64,000 nt of DNA from NCBI GenBank assembly GCA_038140435.1, contig JAYQGE010000017.1:8481-72480 (forward strand), given 5' to 3'. The translations under genes were made by a program, and so were the position numbers. The notes under the pieces are model-generated. The model had not been told where the DNA came from. It worked only from the letters and a program-made list of their open reading frames with translations, and did not search any database. Below, one piece after another: positions 30,997 through 40,942 of this stretch; position 1 is the stretch's first letter; the number at the start of each line of letters is the position of its first letter. This stretch comes from Rhodospirillaceae bacterium (GTDB lineage: Bacteria; Pseudomonadota; Alphaproteobacteria; UBA6615).

Positions 30997-32145
30997 ATGC
31001 CGCCGAAGGTCTCGACGCGCGGGCGTATCGACCCGTTCATTGTCATGGATGTGATGCGCGAGGCGAATGCGCTCGCGGCGTCGGGGGCGGATGTCGTCCA
31101 TCTCGAAGTGGGCCAGCCCGGAACGCCGGCGCCCGCGCGCGTGCGGGAGGCCGCGACCGCCGCGATCCGCGACGAACGGCTTGGGTACACGGATGCGCTC
31201 GGCATTCCGGCCCTGCGCGAGCGGATCGCCGCCTATTACGACGAGATGTACGGCGTACCGGTTGCGCCCGAGCGGGTGGTGGTCACGACGGGCTCGTCGG
31301 GGGCGTTCCTGCTCGCGTTCCTCGCGGCATTCGATGTCGGCGACCGCGTGGCGCTGGCCGCGCCGGGCTATCCGGCCTACCGCAACATCCTTTCCGCGCT
31401 CGGTGTCGAACCCGTGGTGATCGAGACCCGCGCTTCGGATCGTTTTCAGCCCACGCCTGCAATCCTCGCCGAAGAGACCGAAACGCTCGATGGCCTGATC
31501 GTCGCGAGCCCGTCGAACCCGACCGGAACCATGGTCGGTGCCGACGAAATGCGCGCACTCACGGCGCTCGCGGGGCGGTATGCGATCCGCTTTATCTCGG
31601 ACGAGATCTATCACGGCATCACCTACGGCCATGGATCGGTCACGGCGCTTGCATTCGACGATGAGGCCATCGTCATCAACAGCTTCTCGAAGTATTTCTC
31701 GATGACGGGGTGGCGACTGGGCTGGCTCATCGTGCCGGAATCGATGATGCGGTCGGTCGAGTGCCTGGCCCAGAACCTGTTCATCTCGCCGCCGTCCCTG
31801 TCGCAGTACGCTGCGTTGGCCGCCTTCGACAGCCATGACGAGCTGCGCGAGAATGTCGCGAAATATGCGCGGAACCGCGAGATCCTGCTGGCGGAACTGC
31901 CGAATGTGGGGTTCGACAGCCTCGCACCCGCCGACGGTGCGTTCTACATCTACGCGGACGTCTCGAAGCTGACGAACGACAGCGCAGCGTTCTGCAGCCG
32001 GATGCTGGCCGAGGCGCGGATTGCATCGACGCCCGGGCTGGATTTCGATCCCTACCGGGGAAATGCCTTCGTCAGGTTCTCTTTCGCCGGAACGGAAGAG
32101 GATATGCGCAGGGCGATCGACAGGCTGGGGGCCTGGCGGCCCTAG
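30997..32145 (+). CDS. class I/II pyridoxal-phosphate-dependent aminotransferase
   Basis: 382 aa with PLP-lysine context SFSKYFSMTGWRLGW. Confidence 0.85.
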   Translation: MPPKVSTRGRIDPFIVMDVMREANALAASGADVVHLEVGQPGTPAPARVREAATAAIRDERLGYTDALGIPALRERIAAYYDEMYGVPVAPERVVVTTGSSGAFLLAFLAAFDVGDRVALAAPGYPAYRNILSALGVEPVVIETRASDRFQPTPAILAEETETLDGLIVASPSNPTGTMVGADEMRALTALAGRYAIRFISDEIYHGITYGHGSVTALAFDDEAIVINSFSKYFSMTGWRLGWLIVPESMMRSVECLAQNLFISPPSLSQYAALAAFDSHDELRENVAKYARNREILLAELPNVGFDSLAPADGAFYIYADVSKLTNDSAAFCSRMLAEARIASTPGLDFDPYRGNAFVRFSFAGTEEDMRRAIDRLGAWRP

Positions 32146-32160
32146 CCGTTCTGCCGGGCG

Positions 32161-34638
32161 TCAGCTCGACGCGCGGTTCCACCAGCCCGAGCGGCGCGGA
32201 CGGTTGTCGTCCTCGGGCTCATCGTCTTCCGGCGTGTCGTCTTCGGAATCCGCATCGTCGGAACTGTCGTCCCCGGACTCATCCTCACCGGAATCATCCC
32301 CACCGGCATCGTCGTCGCTGTCCTCGGACGCTGCCGCTGCTTCGGCGTCCGCATCCGCATCCGAATCCGAATCGTCTTCCGCGACTGGATCGTCCGCATC
32401 GTCGTCGTCTGAGGCCGTATCGTCCTCCGACTTCTCGTCGGCCTCTTCCTCGCTCGCCTTCTGCTCGGGGATATCGATTTCCCTGTCGAGGTCCGCAGTC
32501 TCGTCTTCGCTGCTCTCGTCTTCGCTGTTCTCGTCCGTGTCGGTCTCGTCGGCGGATTGCGCGTCAGCACCCGCTTCCTCGGACCCGCCGCGGCCGCGCC
32601 GACCGCGTCGACGGGGGCGGCGCCGGCGCCGGCGGCCACCCTCGTTGCCGTCATCGTCACTCGTGTCGCCGTCCGAATCGCCATCCGTTTCGGCGTCTTC
32701 GTCCCGCGCGTCGTCGGACGCGGCTTCCTCGTCCTCATTGGACTCGGTCTCGGAATCCGCATCGGCCTTGCGCCGCCGGCGCCCGCCGCGGCGACCGCGC
32801 CGGCGTCCGCCGCGCTTGCGGCCCTCGTTTTCCTCGTCATCGTCCTCGGACGTTTCGCGATCCTCGCTATCGTCCGCCGTATCCGCATCCGAGCCGCTGT
32901 CGCTGTCCTCGGATGCGCGGCGCCGGCCGCGCCCGCGCCGGCGTTTCGGCGCGGAATCCTCGGCCTTGTCGTCGTCCTTGGAGGAGACACCCTCTTCACC
33001 GTCGTGGCGGACATGGGTGATCTCGTACTCGGAGGCCGCGAGGCTGCTGTCCGCAAGCACCAGAACCTTGAAGCCGTAACGGCTTTCCAGATCCTGCAGG
33101 GAAGCGCGCTTCTGGTTGAGCAAATAGAGCGCGACGTCGGTCTGGGTGGTGACCGTCACCTCCCGGGCACGTTTGCGCAGCCCTTCCTCTTCCAGTTCGC
33201 GCAGGATCGCCATGCTGGTCGATTCCGTGGAGCGCATGACCCCGGTGCCGTTGCACACGGGGCACATCTGGGTGTGTGCCTCGAGCAGGCTCGGGCGGAG
33301 ACGTTGGCGCGACAGTTCAAGCAGGCCGAAGGGCGAGATTCGTCCGATCTGGATCCGCGCCCGGTCGGATTTCATTACTTCCTTGAGACGCCGCTCGACC
33401 GCGTGGTTGTTGCGCGAGACATCCATGTCGATGAAATCGATCACGATCAGGCCGGCCAGGTCGCGCAGGCGCAGCTGGCGCGCAACCTCGTCTGCCGCTT
33501 CAAGGTTTGTCCGGTAGGCGGTCTGTTCGACATTGCGCTCGCGCGTCGAACGGCCCGAGTTCACGTCGATGGCGACGAGCGCCTCGGTCGGGTTGATGAC
33601 GATGTAACCGCCCGACTTCAGCTGCACGATCGGCTCGTGAATCTCGTCGAGCTGCTGGTCGATCTGGTAGCGGTTGAGGAGCGGGATTTCGTCGTCCTCG
33701 TACTTCTGGACCCGCTTCGCATGGGACGGAATCATTGTGCGCATGAGCGACTTGGCGGACTTGTAGGCGTCCTCGCCCTCGACCAGGACCTCATCGATGT
33801 CGCGGTCGTAGATATCGCGGAGCGCGCGCTTGATAACGTCGCCTTCCTCGTAGATGAGGGCAGGTGCGGTCGAATCGAGGGTCAGCTCGCGGATGTCGTC
33901 CCACAGGCGGCGCAGATACTCGTAGTCGCGCTTGATCTCCGCCTTGGTGCGCGCGACACCGGCGGTTCGCATGATCACCGCCATGCCTTCCGGAACATCG
34001 AGCTCCGACAGGATTGCCTTCATGGACTTGCGGGCCTTGGCATCGGTGACCTTGCGGCTGATGCCGCCACCGCGCGAGGTGTTCGGCATCAGGACGCAGT
34101 ACCGGCCCGGCAGGGACAGATATGTGGTGAGAGCCGCACCCTTGTTGCCACGCTCCTCCTTGACCACCTGCACCAGCAGGATCTGGCGGCGCTTGATGAC
34201 CTCCTGGATCTTGTAGCTGCGGGTCAGCTTGCGCAGGCGCCGCCGGTGGGCGTCGCTCAGCTCCTGGATGTCCTCGTCGGAGGAATCGCCGACCACCTCG
34301 ACGGATTCGGCATCGCCGTCACCGTTCTCCTCGCCGTCCTCGTCGTCGTTCTCGGCGTCGGATTCGGCGAGCAGTTTCTCGCGATCCTCGACGGGGATGC
34401 GGTAGTAGTCGGGGTGGATTTCGTTGAAGGCGAGGAAGCCGTGGCGGTCTCCGCCGAAGTCGACGAAAGCCGCCTGGAGCGAGGGCTCCACGCGGGTCAC
34501 CTTGGCCAGATAGATATTGCTCTTGAGCTGGCGCTTGGTGGAGGTCTCGTAGTCGTATTCGAGAAGTTCGTTACCGTCTGCGACGACCACCCGGGTTTCT
34601 TCGGGATGGGTCGCGTCGATCAGCATGCGCTTTGGCAT
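32161..34638 (-). CDS. rne: ribonuclease E
   Basis: 825 aa starting MPKRMLIDATHPEETRVV, with S1, DNase I-like and Zn-link (CPVCNGTG) regions and a long charged low-complexity C-terminal domain. Confidence 0.92.
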   Translation of the reverse strand: MPKRMLIDATHPEETRVVVADGNELLEYDYETSTKRQLKSNIYLAKVTRVEPSLQAAFVDFGGDRHGFLAFNEIHPDYYRIPVEDREKLLAESDAENDDEDGEENGDGDAESVEVVGDSSDEDIQELSDAHRRRLRKLTRSYKIQEVIKRRQILLVQVVKEERGNKGAALTTYLSLPGRYCVLMPNTSRGGGISRKVTDAKARKSMKAILSELDVPEGMAVIMRTAGVARTKAEIKRDYEYLRRLWDDIRELTLDSTAPALIYEEGDVIKRALRDIYDRDIDEVLVEGEDAYKSAKSLMRTMIPSHAKRVQKYEDDEIPLLNRYQIDQQLDEIHEPIVQLKSGGYIVINPTEALVAIDVNSGRSTRERNVEQTAYRTNLEAADEVARQLRLRDLAGLIVIDFIDMDVSRNNHAVERRLKEVMKSDRARIQIGRISPFGLLELSRQRLRPSLLEAHTQMCPVCNGTGVMRSTESTSMAILRELEEEGLRKRAREVTVTTQTDVALYLLNQKRASLQDLESRYGFKVLVLADSSLAASEYEITHVRHDGEEGVSSKDDDKAEDSAPKRRRGRGRRRASEDSDSGSDADTADDSEDRETSEDDDEENEGRKRGGRRRGRRGGRRRRKADADSETESNEDEEAASDDARDEDAETDGDSDGDTSDDDGNEGGRRRRRRPRRRGRRGRGGSEEAGADAQSADETDTDENSEDESSEDETADLDREIDIPEQKASEEEADEKSEDDTASDDDDADDPVAEDDSDSDADADAEAAAASEDSDDDAGGDDSGEDESGDDSSDDADSEDDTPEDDEPEDDNRPRRSGWWNRASS

Positions 34639-35002
34639 GGTTATGTCCCTGCGGAAACCTGGACTCGACGCCTTGCGGACGAGGGCGTGAGGGGCTCCGC
34701 ATTTTCAGAGGCCTGCCTCGGAACCTGGCCGTCGAACGGGCGAAATCGCACCAGGACGGGAGGTTTTGATCCGGAAGCCCGTGCGGCGATTACCACCCGG
34801 CGGCCTCGAAGTTGCACAAACCGCAATCCTGATGCGCACTGCGTCCGGTCCGTTCGGGCGTCGGGGCGAAGGGAGGTTCGCCAGCCCACACCCAGACCAT
34901 GGAACGCGGCGCGCGTTCGTTGAATTGCGGGTGTCCGCACGCGAACAATAGCTCCGGGCAACCCGATCCACAAACTATTTCGATTGCGTCTGCGTCGCGC
35001 GC
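34639..35002 (-). promoter_or_regulatory. probable long rne 5' untranslated leader plus the divergent rne/amiC promoter region
   Basis: This is the largest non-coding gap in the window and sits upstream of rne. E. coli rne is autoregulated through a long structured 5' UTR. No transcript mapping is available here. Confidence 0.3.
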
Positions 35003-35047
35003 TTGTGTGTTGCGGCGCATTCGGGACTGGCGATATACATGTGCGCG

Positions 35048-36283
35048 ATGTCATTGATTCTGAAACGCTTATCTCGCCATGGCGTACGCGGCCAGGGGAC
35101 GCTTTGGGCGCTTCTGGCCATGCTTGCCATGCTCTCCGGGGCCGCCCCGGCGGGCGCCGACGATCTCAGCGTCCAGGACATTCGAATCGGTGTTCATCCC
35201 GGCGCGACGCGTTTCGTCGTTGAGCTCAACGACAATGTCGAACCACGGGTTTTCGGGCTGCCAGACCCTTACCGGGTCGTCATCGACCTGCCGGAGGTGG
35301 ATTTCGACCTGCCCGAGGAGCGCATCGGTGACGGCGCGGGGCTGATCTCGAAGCTGCGCTACGGACTGTTCCGACCCGGCACAAGCCGTTTCGTTCTCGA
35401 CCTGGAAACGCCGTCGAAAGTCATCAAGCAGTTCGTGCTGAAGCCGTCCGACGGCAAGCCCTGGCGCCTGGTGCTCGATCTCGCGCCAACCACGCGTGCC
35501 GATTTCGTTGCGGCCATGCGGCCGCGCGCAGAGGACAACCCGAACCCCGTGACGCGCGTGCCGGTTCCGTCCACGCCGCGCCAGAACGCCAAGCCGGTCG
35601 TCGTGGTCGATGCCGGCCATGGCGGCGTCGATCCGGGGGCGATCGGCGTGTCCGGAATCTACGAAAAGAAGATCGCGCTGGATTACGCGCGCGAGATCGT
35701 CCGCCAGCTCAAGGCGACCGGTAAGTACGAAGTCGTGATGACCCGCAACCGGGACATCTTCCTGCCGCTGCGCGAGCGCGTGCGGGTCTCGCGGGCGGCC
35801 GGCGCCGATTTGTTCCTGTCCCTGCACGCCAACACCCATCCCAAGCGGAGCACGCGCGGGTTCTCGGTCTATACGCTGTCGGACCGTGCCTCGGACAAGG
35901 AGGCCGCGGCGCTCGCCGCGCTCGAGAACAAGTCCGACGTCATCGGCGGCGTCAATCTCGGCGACTACAGCGACGACGTTCAGAACATCCTGATCGACTT
36001 CGCCCAGGCGAAGACCAACGAGCTTTCCGTGACGTTCGCGCGCGATATCCTCGTGAAGCAGGTCAAGACCAGCGCGTCACTACTCACCCGGCCCTGGCGT
36101 TCGGCCGGCTTCGCCGTCCTCAAGGCGCCGGATGTGCCCTCTGTGCTCGTCGAGCTGGGTTACATATCCAACCCCCAGGAAGAACGGTTGCTGGTCACGG
36201 GCAACCATCGCCGGAAACTCTCGGCCGCGATCGTGAAGGCGGTCGACGCCTACTTCGAGACCACCCAGAGCGCGGCGCTCTAG
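35048..36283 (+). CDS. amiC: N-acetylmuramoyl-L-alanine amidase (AmiC-type, AMIN + Amidase_3)
   Basis: ORF 35003..36283. ATG at 35048 gives signal peptide MSLILKRLSRHG...AAPAGA. Catalytic region VVVDAGHGGVDPGA and LFLSLHAN. Start is uncertain (35003, 35039 or 35048). Confidence 0.85.
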   Translation: MSLILKRLSRHGVRGQGTLWALLAMLAMLSGAAPAGADDLSVQDIRIGVHPGATRFVVELNDNVEPRVFGLPDPYRVVIDLPEVDFDLPEERIGDGAGLISKLRYGLFRPGTSRFVLDLETPSKVIKQFVLKPSDGKPWRLVLDLAPTTRADFVAAMRPRAEDNPNPVTRVPVPSTPRQNAKPVVVVDAGHGGVDPGAIGVSGIYEKKIALDYAREIVRQLKATGKYEVVMTRNRDIFLPLRERVRVSRAAGADLFLSLHANTHPKRSTRGFSVYTLSDRASDKEAAALAALENKSDVIGGVNLGDYSDDVQNILIDFAQAKTNELSVTFARDILVKQVKTSASLLTRPWRSAGFAVLKAPDVPSVLVELGYISNPQEERLLVTGNHRRKLSAAIVKAVDAYFETTQSAAL

Positions 36284-36384
36284 TTCGTCCAGGGGGCGCA
36301 CGCGCCACAATCCGTCCACATTTAGATGCTTATCGATGGTCCGCGCTCGTCTATGCTCGGGCGCGAATGATCGGGGAACCCTGA

Positions 36385-38799
36385 ATGCTTCGCTGGCTTG
36401 GATATCTCGCGGGTCTGGCGCTTGTCGGCGTCTTGCTGGCCGTGGGCGGCGTGCTGTGGGTGTTCTGGGAGTACGGCCGGGATCTGCCGGACTACAGCCA
36501 GCTCGCCGACTACGAGCCGCCGGTCACGACGCGCGTGCATGCCGGTGACGGCAGCCTGCTGGCCGAATACGCCGTGCAGCGCCGTGTGTTCGTGCCGGTC
36601 TCCACCATGCCGAAGCTCGTCAAGGACGCGTTTCTCGCGGCCGAGGACAAGAACTTCTACTCGCACCCGGGCGTCGATCTGCTGGGTGTCGTGCGTGCCG
36701 CGGTGTCGAACGTGCGCAACATCGGCAGCGGCCGCCGTCCCGAGGGCGCTTCGACGATCACCCAGCAGGTCGCGCAGAATTTCCTGCTCACCAAGGATGT
36801 GTCCATCGAGCGCAAGGTGCGCGAGGCGATCCTGTCCTTCCGGATGGAGCGCGCGTTCAGCAAGGACGAGATCCTCGAGCTCTACCTCAACGAAATCTAT
36901 CTCGGCTTCGGCGCCTACGGCGTTGCGTCGGCGGCGTTGAACTATTTCGGGAAGCCGCTCGACCAGCTGACCGTGGACGAGGCGGCCTTCCTGGCCGCGC
37001 TTCCCAAGGCGCCGAACAACTACAATCCGCTGCGCAACAACGCTGCCGCCGTCGCGCGCCGAAACTATGTGCTCGGCCGCATGGCCGACGATGGTGCGAT
37101 CCTCCCGTCCGAGGCCGAAGAATTGCGCCAGCGCCCGATCAACGTGGTTCGGCGGGACGGGGACGCGCTCGTGGAAGCGCCCTACTTCGCGGAAGAGGTG
37201 CGGCGCGAGCTGGTCGAGCGGTTCGGCGACGGCGCGCTGTACGAGGGAGGGCTCTCGGTGCGCACGACGCTCGATCCCCGGTTGCAGCGGATCGCCCAGC
37301 AGTCCCTGCGCGACGGGCTCGTCGCCTACGACCGCCGCCATGGCTGGAGGGGGCCGGTCGCGCGCCTGAAGGATCCGGCCGCCTGGGCGACGGCCCTCCC
37401 GGACATCGAGGTGCCTGCCGGAGCCGGGGACTGGCGGCTCGCCGCGGTGGTCGATGTCGAGGCCGGCGGCGCGGGCATCGGCTTCGTCGACGGCACCACG
37501 GGCGTGATCCCGCTCGCGGAGCTGCGCTGGGCGCGGGAATGGCGCCCGGAACAGAAGCGCGGCCCCTCGATCAAGGCCGCTGACGCGGTCCTCGCGCCGG
37601 GGGACGTGGTGCTGGTCTCCGCCGTCACGCAGGACGCCGACGCGAACCCCTATCCCGAGGGCAGCTTCCGCCTCGAGCAAATTCCCGACATCAACGGCGC
37701 GGTCGTGGCGATCGACCCGCACACGGGCCGTGTCCTGGCGATGACCGGCGGGCTCGATTTCGAGGCCAGCGAGTTCAACCGTGCGACCCAGGCCTGGCGC
37801 CAGCCGGGTTCCGCGTTCAAGCCGGTGGTCTACATGGCAGCCCTCGACAACGGTTTCACCCCGTCCACCCGCATTCTCGATGCGCCCTTCGTGATCGAGC
37901 AGGGCCCGGGGCAGGGCAAGTGGAAGCCGGCCAACTACACGAACAAGTTCTACGGGCCGAGCCCGATGCGCCTCGGCATCGAGAAGTCCCGCAACCTCAT
38001 GACCGTGCGCCTGGCCCAGACGATCGGCATGGAGCAGGTCGCCACCTACGCCGAGCGGCTCCGGGTCGTGGATCACCTGCCCCGCCAGCTCGCCATGTCG
38101 ATCGGCGCGGGGGAGACCACGCTCATGCGCATGGTGGCCGCCTACGCCACCATCGTGAACGGCGGCAAGCAGATCACGCCCACGCTGATCGACCGGATCC
38201 AGGACCGCAACGGCATGACCACGTTCCGCCACGACACGCGGCCCTGCCCCGGCTGCCGGGTGGCCGCCTGGGCCGACCAGCCGCCGCCGGAGCTTCCCGA
38301 TCCGCGCGCGCGGGTGATCCAGCCGGGCACCGCCTACCAGATGGTGTCGATGCTGAAGGGCGTGGTCGATCGCGGGACCGGCCGGCGCATCGGCCAGCTC
38401 CGGCTCCCGCTCGCGGGCAAGACCGGCACCACCAACGATTCGCTCGACACCTGGTTCATCGGTTTCTCTCCCGACCTCGCGGTCGGGGTCTTCGTCGGCT
38501 TCGACACGCCGAAGACGCTCGGACCGCGCGAGACGGGCTCGTCGGTCCCGGCGCCCATCTTCAAGGGCTTCATGGCGCGCGCGCTCGAGGGCAGGCCCGT
38601 CATACCGTTCCGCGTGCCGCCCGACATCCGGCTCGTCCGGGTCAACCCGGAGACGGGGCTCGTGGCGCTGCCGGGTGAGCGAGCCACCATCCTCGAGGCC
38701 TTCAAGCCGGGCACTGCACCGCGCGAGCTCGGGTCGATTGTCGGCGAGGATGCCGGGCGCAGCGTCGGGAGCGGCGGGCCGCGGCGCGGTATTTACTGA
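36385..38799 (+). CDS. mrcA: penicillin-binding protein 1A (bifunctional glycosyltransferase/transpeptidase)
   Basis: 804 aa with GT51 motifs (EDKNFYSHPGVD, RKVREA) and transpeptidase motifs SAFKP and KTGTTND. Confidence 0.92.
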   Translation: MLRWLGYLAGLALVGVLLAVGGVLWVFWEYGRDLPDYSQLADYEPPVTTRVHAGDGSLLAEYAVQRRVFVPVSTMPKLVKDAFLAAEDKNFYSHPGVDLLGVVRAAVSNVRNIGSGRRPEGASTITQQVAQNFLLTKDVSIERKVREAILSFRMERAFSKDEILELYLNEIYLGFGAYGVASAALNYFGKPLDQLTVDEAAFLAALPKAPNNYNPLRNNAAAVARRNYVLGRMADDGAILPSEAEELRQRPINVVRRDGDALVEAPYFAEEVRRELVERFGDGALYEGGLSVRTTLDPRLQRIAQQSLRDGLVAYDRRHGWRGPVARLKDPAAWATALPDIEVPAGAGDWRLAAVVDVEAGGAGIGFVDGTTGVIPLAELRWAREWRPEQKRGPSIKAADAVLAPGDVVLVSAVTQDADANPYPEGSFRLEQIPDINGAVVAIDPHTGRVLAMTGGLDFEASEFNRATQAWRQPGSAFKPVVYMAALDNGFTPSTRILDAPFVIEQGPGQGKWKPANYTNKFYGPSPMRLGIEKSRNLMTVRLAQTIGMEQVATYAERLRVVDHLPRQLAMSIGAGETTLMRMVAAYATIVNGGKQITPTLIDRIQDRNGMTTFRHDTRPCPGCRVAAWADQPPPELPDPRARVIQPGTAYQMVSMLKGVVDRGTGRRIGQLRLPLAGKTGTTNDSLDTWFIGFSPDLAVGVFVGFDTPKTLGPRETGSSVPAPIFKGFMARALEGRPVIPFRVPPDIRLVRVNPETGLVALPGERATILEAFKPGTAPRELGSIVGEDAGRSVGSGGPRRGIY

Positions 38800-38884
38800 C
38801 CGACCTATTGACCCGTGCGGGGCGAACGCTAGGCTTCGCCCAATCGCGTGCCGGGAGCGGCAACCGTCTCAGTGGAACTCGAAA

Positions 38885-40019
38885 ATGCGTGCAGAAATCA
38901 GTCATCTGGTCGAAGGCATCAACTCGTCCCTGAACCTCGTCCGGAGGCATCTTTGACTGGGACAACGCACTCGCGCGCCTCGACAACCTGAACGCCGAGG
39001 CGGAAGATCCCGCGCTGTGGGACGACCAGGAGCGCGCCCAGAAAATCCTGCGCGATCGGACCCGGCTCGAGAAGTCCATCGAGGAAGTGCGCGGCCTCGC
39101 GCAGGAGCTCGAGGACGCCGTCACCCTGATCGAGCTGGGCGAGGCCGAGGAGGACGGCGATGTCGTCGCCGAGGGGGAGGCCGTGATCGAGGCGCTCCAG
39201 CGGCGCTCCGAAAAGCTCGAGCTTGAAAGCCTCCTGTCGGGCGAGGCCGACGGCAACGATTGCTACATGGAAATCAACGCCGGCGCCGGCGGCACCGAGT
39301 CCCAGGACTGGGCCGAGATGCTGGCGCGGATGTATCTGCGCTGGGCCGAGGCGCATGACTACAAGGTCGAGTGGATCGAGGAGAGCGCGGGCGAGGAGGC
39401 GGGCCTCAAGTCCGCGACGTTCCGGATCGTCGGCCCGAACGCCTATGGCTGGCTGAAGGCGGAGTCCGGGGTGCACCGGCTGGTCCGGATTTCCCCGTTC
39501 GACAGCCAGTCGCGCCGGCACACGAGTTTCGCGTCGGCCTGGGTCTATCCGGTGATCGACGACGCGATCGAGATCGAGATCGAGGACAAGGACCTGCGCG
39601 TGGACACCTATCGCGCCTCGGGCGCCGGCGGCCAGCACGTCAACAAGACCGATAGCGCGGTCCGGCTCACGCATATCCCGACCGGCATCGTCGTCCAGTG
39701 CCAGAACGACCGGTCCCAGCACCGCAACCGCGCCCAGGCAATGGCGATGATGCGCGCGCGGCTCTACGAGCACGAGATGCAGAAGCGCGAGGAAGAGGCC
39801 CAGGCCGAGCAGGAGACGAAGACCGATATCGGCTGGGGCCACCAGATCCGGTCCTATGTCCTGCACCCCTACCAGATGGTCAAGGATCTGCGCACCAACG
39901 TGGAATCGGGCAACGCCCAGGCGGTGCTCGATGGCGATATCGACCGCTATCTCGAGGCGTCGCTCGCCTCCCGGCTGGGAAAGGGGAGCGCGGAAGAGGG
40001 CGCGGGCGAGGCCGGCTAG
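38885..40019 (+). CDS. prfB: peptide chain release factor 2, expressed by programmed +1 frameshift: join(38885..38953,38955..40019)
   Basis: Frame 0 reads [23 protein letters not shown] then TGA (38954-38956). The +1 frame continues [15 protein letters not shown]... into ORF 39087..40019, which carries SPF and GGQ motifs. Total about 377 aa. Confidence 0.93.
38943..38957 (+). promoter_or_regulatory. prfB +1 frameshift site (internal SD-like GGAGG + CTT TGA C)
   Basis: GGAGG (38943-38947), spacer CAT, slippery CTT (38951-38953), TGA (38954-38956), then C. This matches the canonical RF2 autoregulatory site. Confidence 0.9.
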
Positions 40020-40942
40020 GACCCGCGTACCGGCCGGGTCGAGAGGAAGATTCCGGGCAGTATCAGCGCCGCGCCCGCGAAGTGGTAGGGCTCCAGCGTC
40101 TCGCCGAGCAGCAGCCAGCCGAACAGTGCCGCGTAGCTCGGTGCCAGGTAGAGAATCAGTCCGGTCGATCCGGCACCGAGTGAACGCTGGATGCGCGCGT
40201 AGCCGATATACGCGGCCAGCCCGGGGATAATCGCGACGATCAGGACCGTCCCGATGGTTTCCGGGTTCAGCGTCGGCACAACCCCCTGCGCGGTCTCGGC
40301 AATGTAGAACGGCAGCAGCGCGAGCGCGCCGAACAGCATCGTTGCCGAGAACCGCGCGCGGGCGGGCAATGCGCCGGGTCGATGACGCAGCATGGCCGAG
40401 TAGATCGCCCAGGCCAGCGCCGACGTGACGATCCACAGGTCGCCGGGCACGAAGGTGAGCGCGCGCAGCGCATCGACGTCGCCGCGGAAGATGATGACAA
40501 GCACACCCATGAGCGAGATGAAGATGCCGGCGGCCTTGGCCCGGCTCATGGGCTCCCCGTACATGAGGGTCGATGCGCCGGCGATGATGATGGGCGCCGT
40601 GCCGAAGATCAGGCCGATGTTCGTGGCGCTCGTCGTGTCGGCGCCGATGTAAACGAACGCGCCGCAGATCCCCATGCCGAGAATGCCGAGCACCAGCAGG
40701 TCGCGCCATTCGGCGGCCACCGCCGCGCGATGCCGCCACAACTCCGGCCCCACCACCGGCAGGAAGAGAAGGAAGGCGAGCATCCATCGCCAGTAGGCGA
40801 GCGCGAAGGGAGGCACCGTGTCGTTCACGGCCCGCGCGACGACGACGTTGGTGGTGAACAAGGCCGGGACGATGAACAGCAGGATCATCGCAAAGGCCCG
40901 CTCGCGCTGCGCCGCCGGGTCCGGCTGTGCGTCCGTCGTCAT
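40016..40942 (-). CDS. DMT-superfamily (EamA-like) transporter
   Basis: ATG at 40942 in the frame of ORF 40016..41299, giving 308 aa. About ten hydrophobic helices and two EamA-like halves. Confidence 0.8.
   Translation of the reverse strand: MTTDAQPDPAAQRERAFAMILLFIVPALFTTNVVVARAVNDTVPPFALAYWRWMLAFLLFLPVVGPELWRHRAAVAAEWRDLLVLGILGMGICGAFVYIGADTTSATNIGLIFGTAPIIIAGASTLMYGEPMSRAKAAGIFISLMGVLVIIFRGDVDALRALTFVPGDLWIVTSALAWAIYSAMLRHRPGALPARARFSATMLFGALALLPFYIAETAQGVVPTLNPETIGTVLIVAIIPGLAAYIGYARIQRSLGAGSTGLILYLAPSYAALFGWLLLGETLEPYHFAGAALILPGIFLSTRPVRGS

Noticed and set aside
32021-33079. 352-aa Ser-rich plus-strand ORF, and a second long plus-strand ORF 32557..34923, over the rne gene.
   Set aside because: These are mirror images of the acidic and Arg-rich low-complexity RNase E coding sequence (GAC/GAA codons read as TCG/TTC antisense). 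No independent coding evidence exists.
34705-35054. Small ORFs (61-137 aa, both strands) inside the rne-amiC intergenic region.
   Set aside because: They overlap each other in several frames, have Arg/Pro/Gly-rich composition, no Shine-Dalgarno sequences and no recognisable motifs. The region is more plausibly an untranslated leader or promoter region.
38819-38841. Hairpin GGGCGAA-N8-TTCGCCC after mrcA, considered as a terminator or sRNA.
   Set aside because: It has no U-tract and a short 7-bp stem, and it lies only 45 nt before prfB. The evidence is insufficient.
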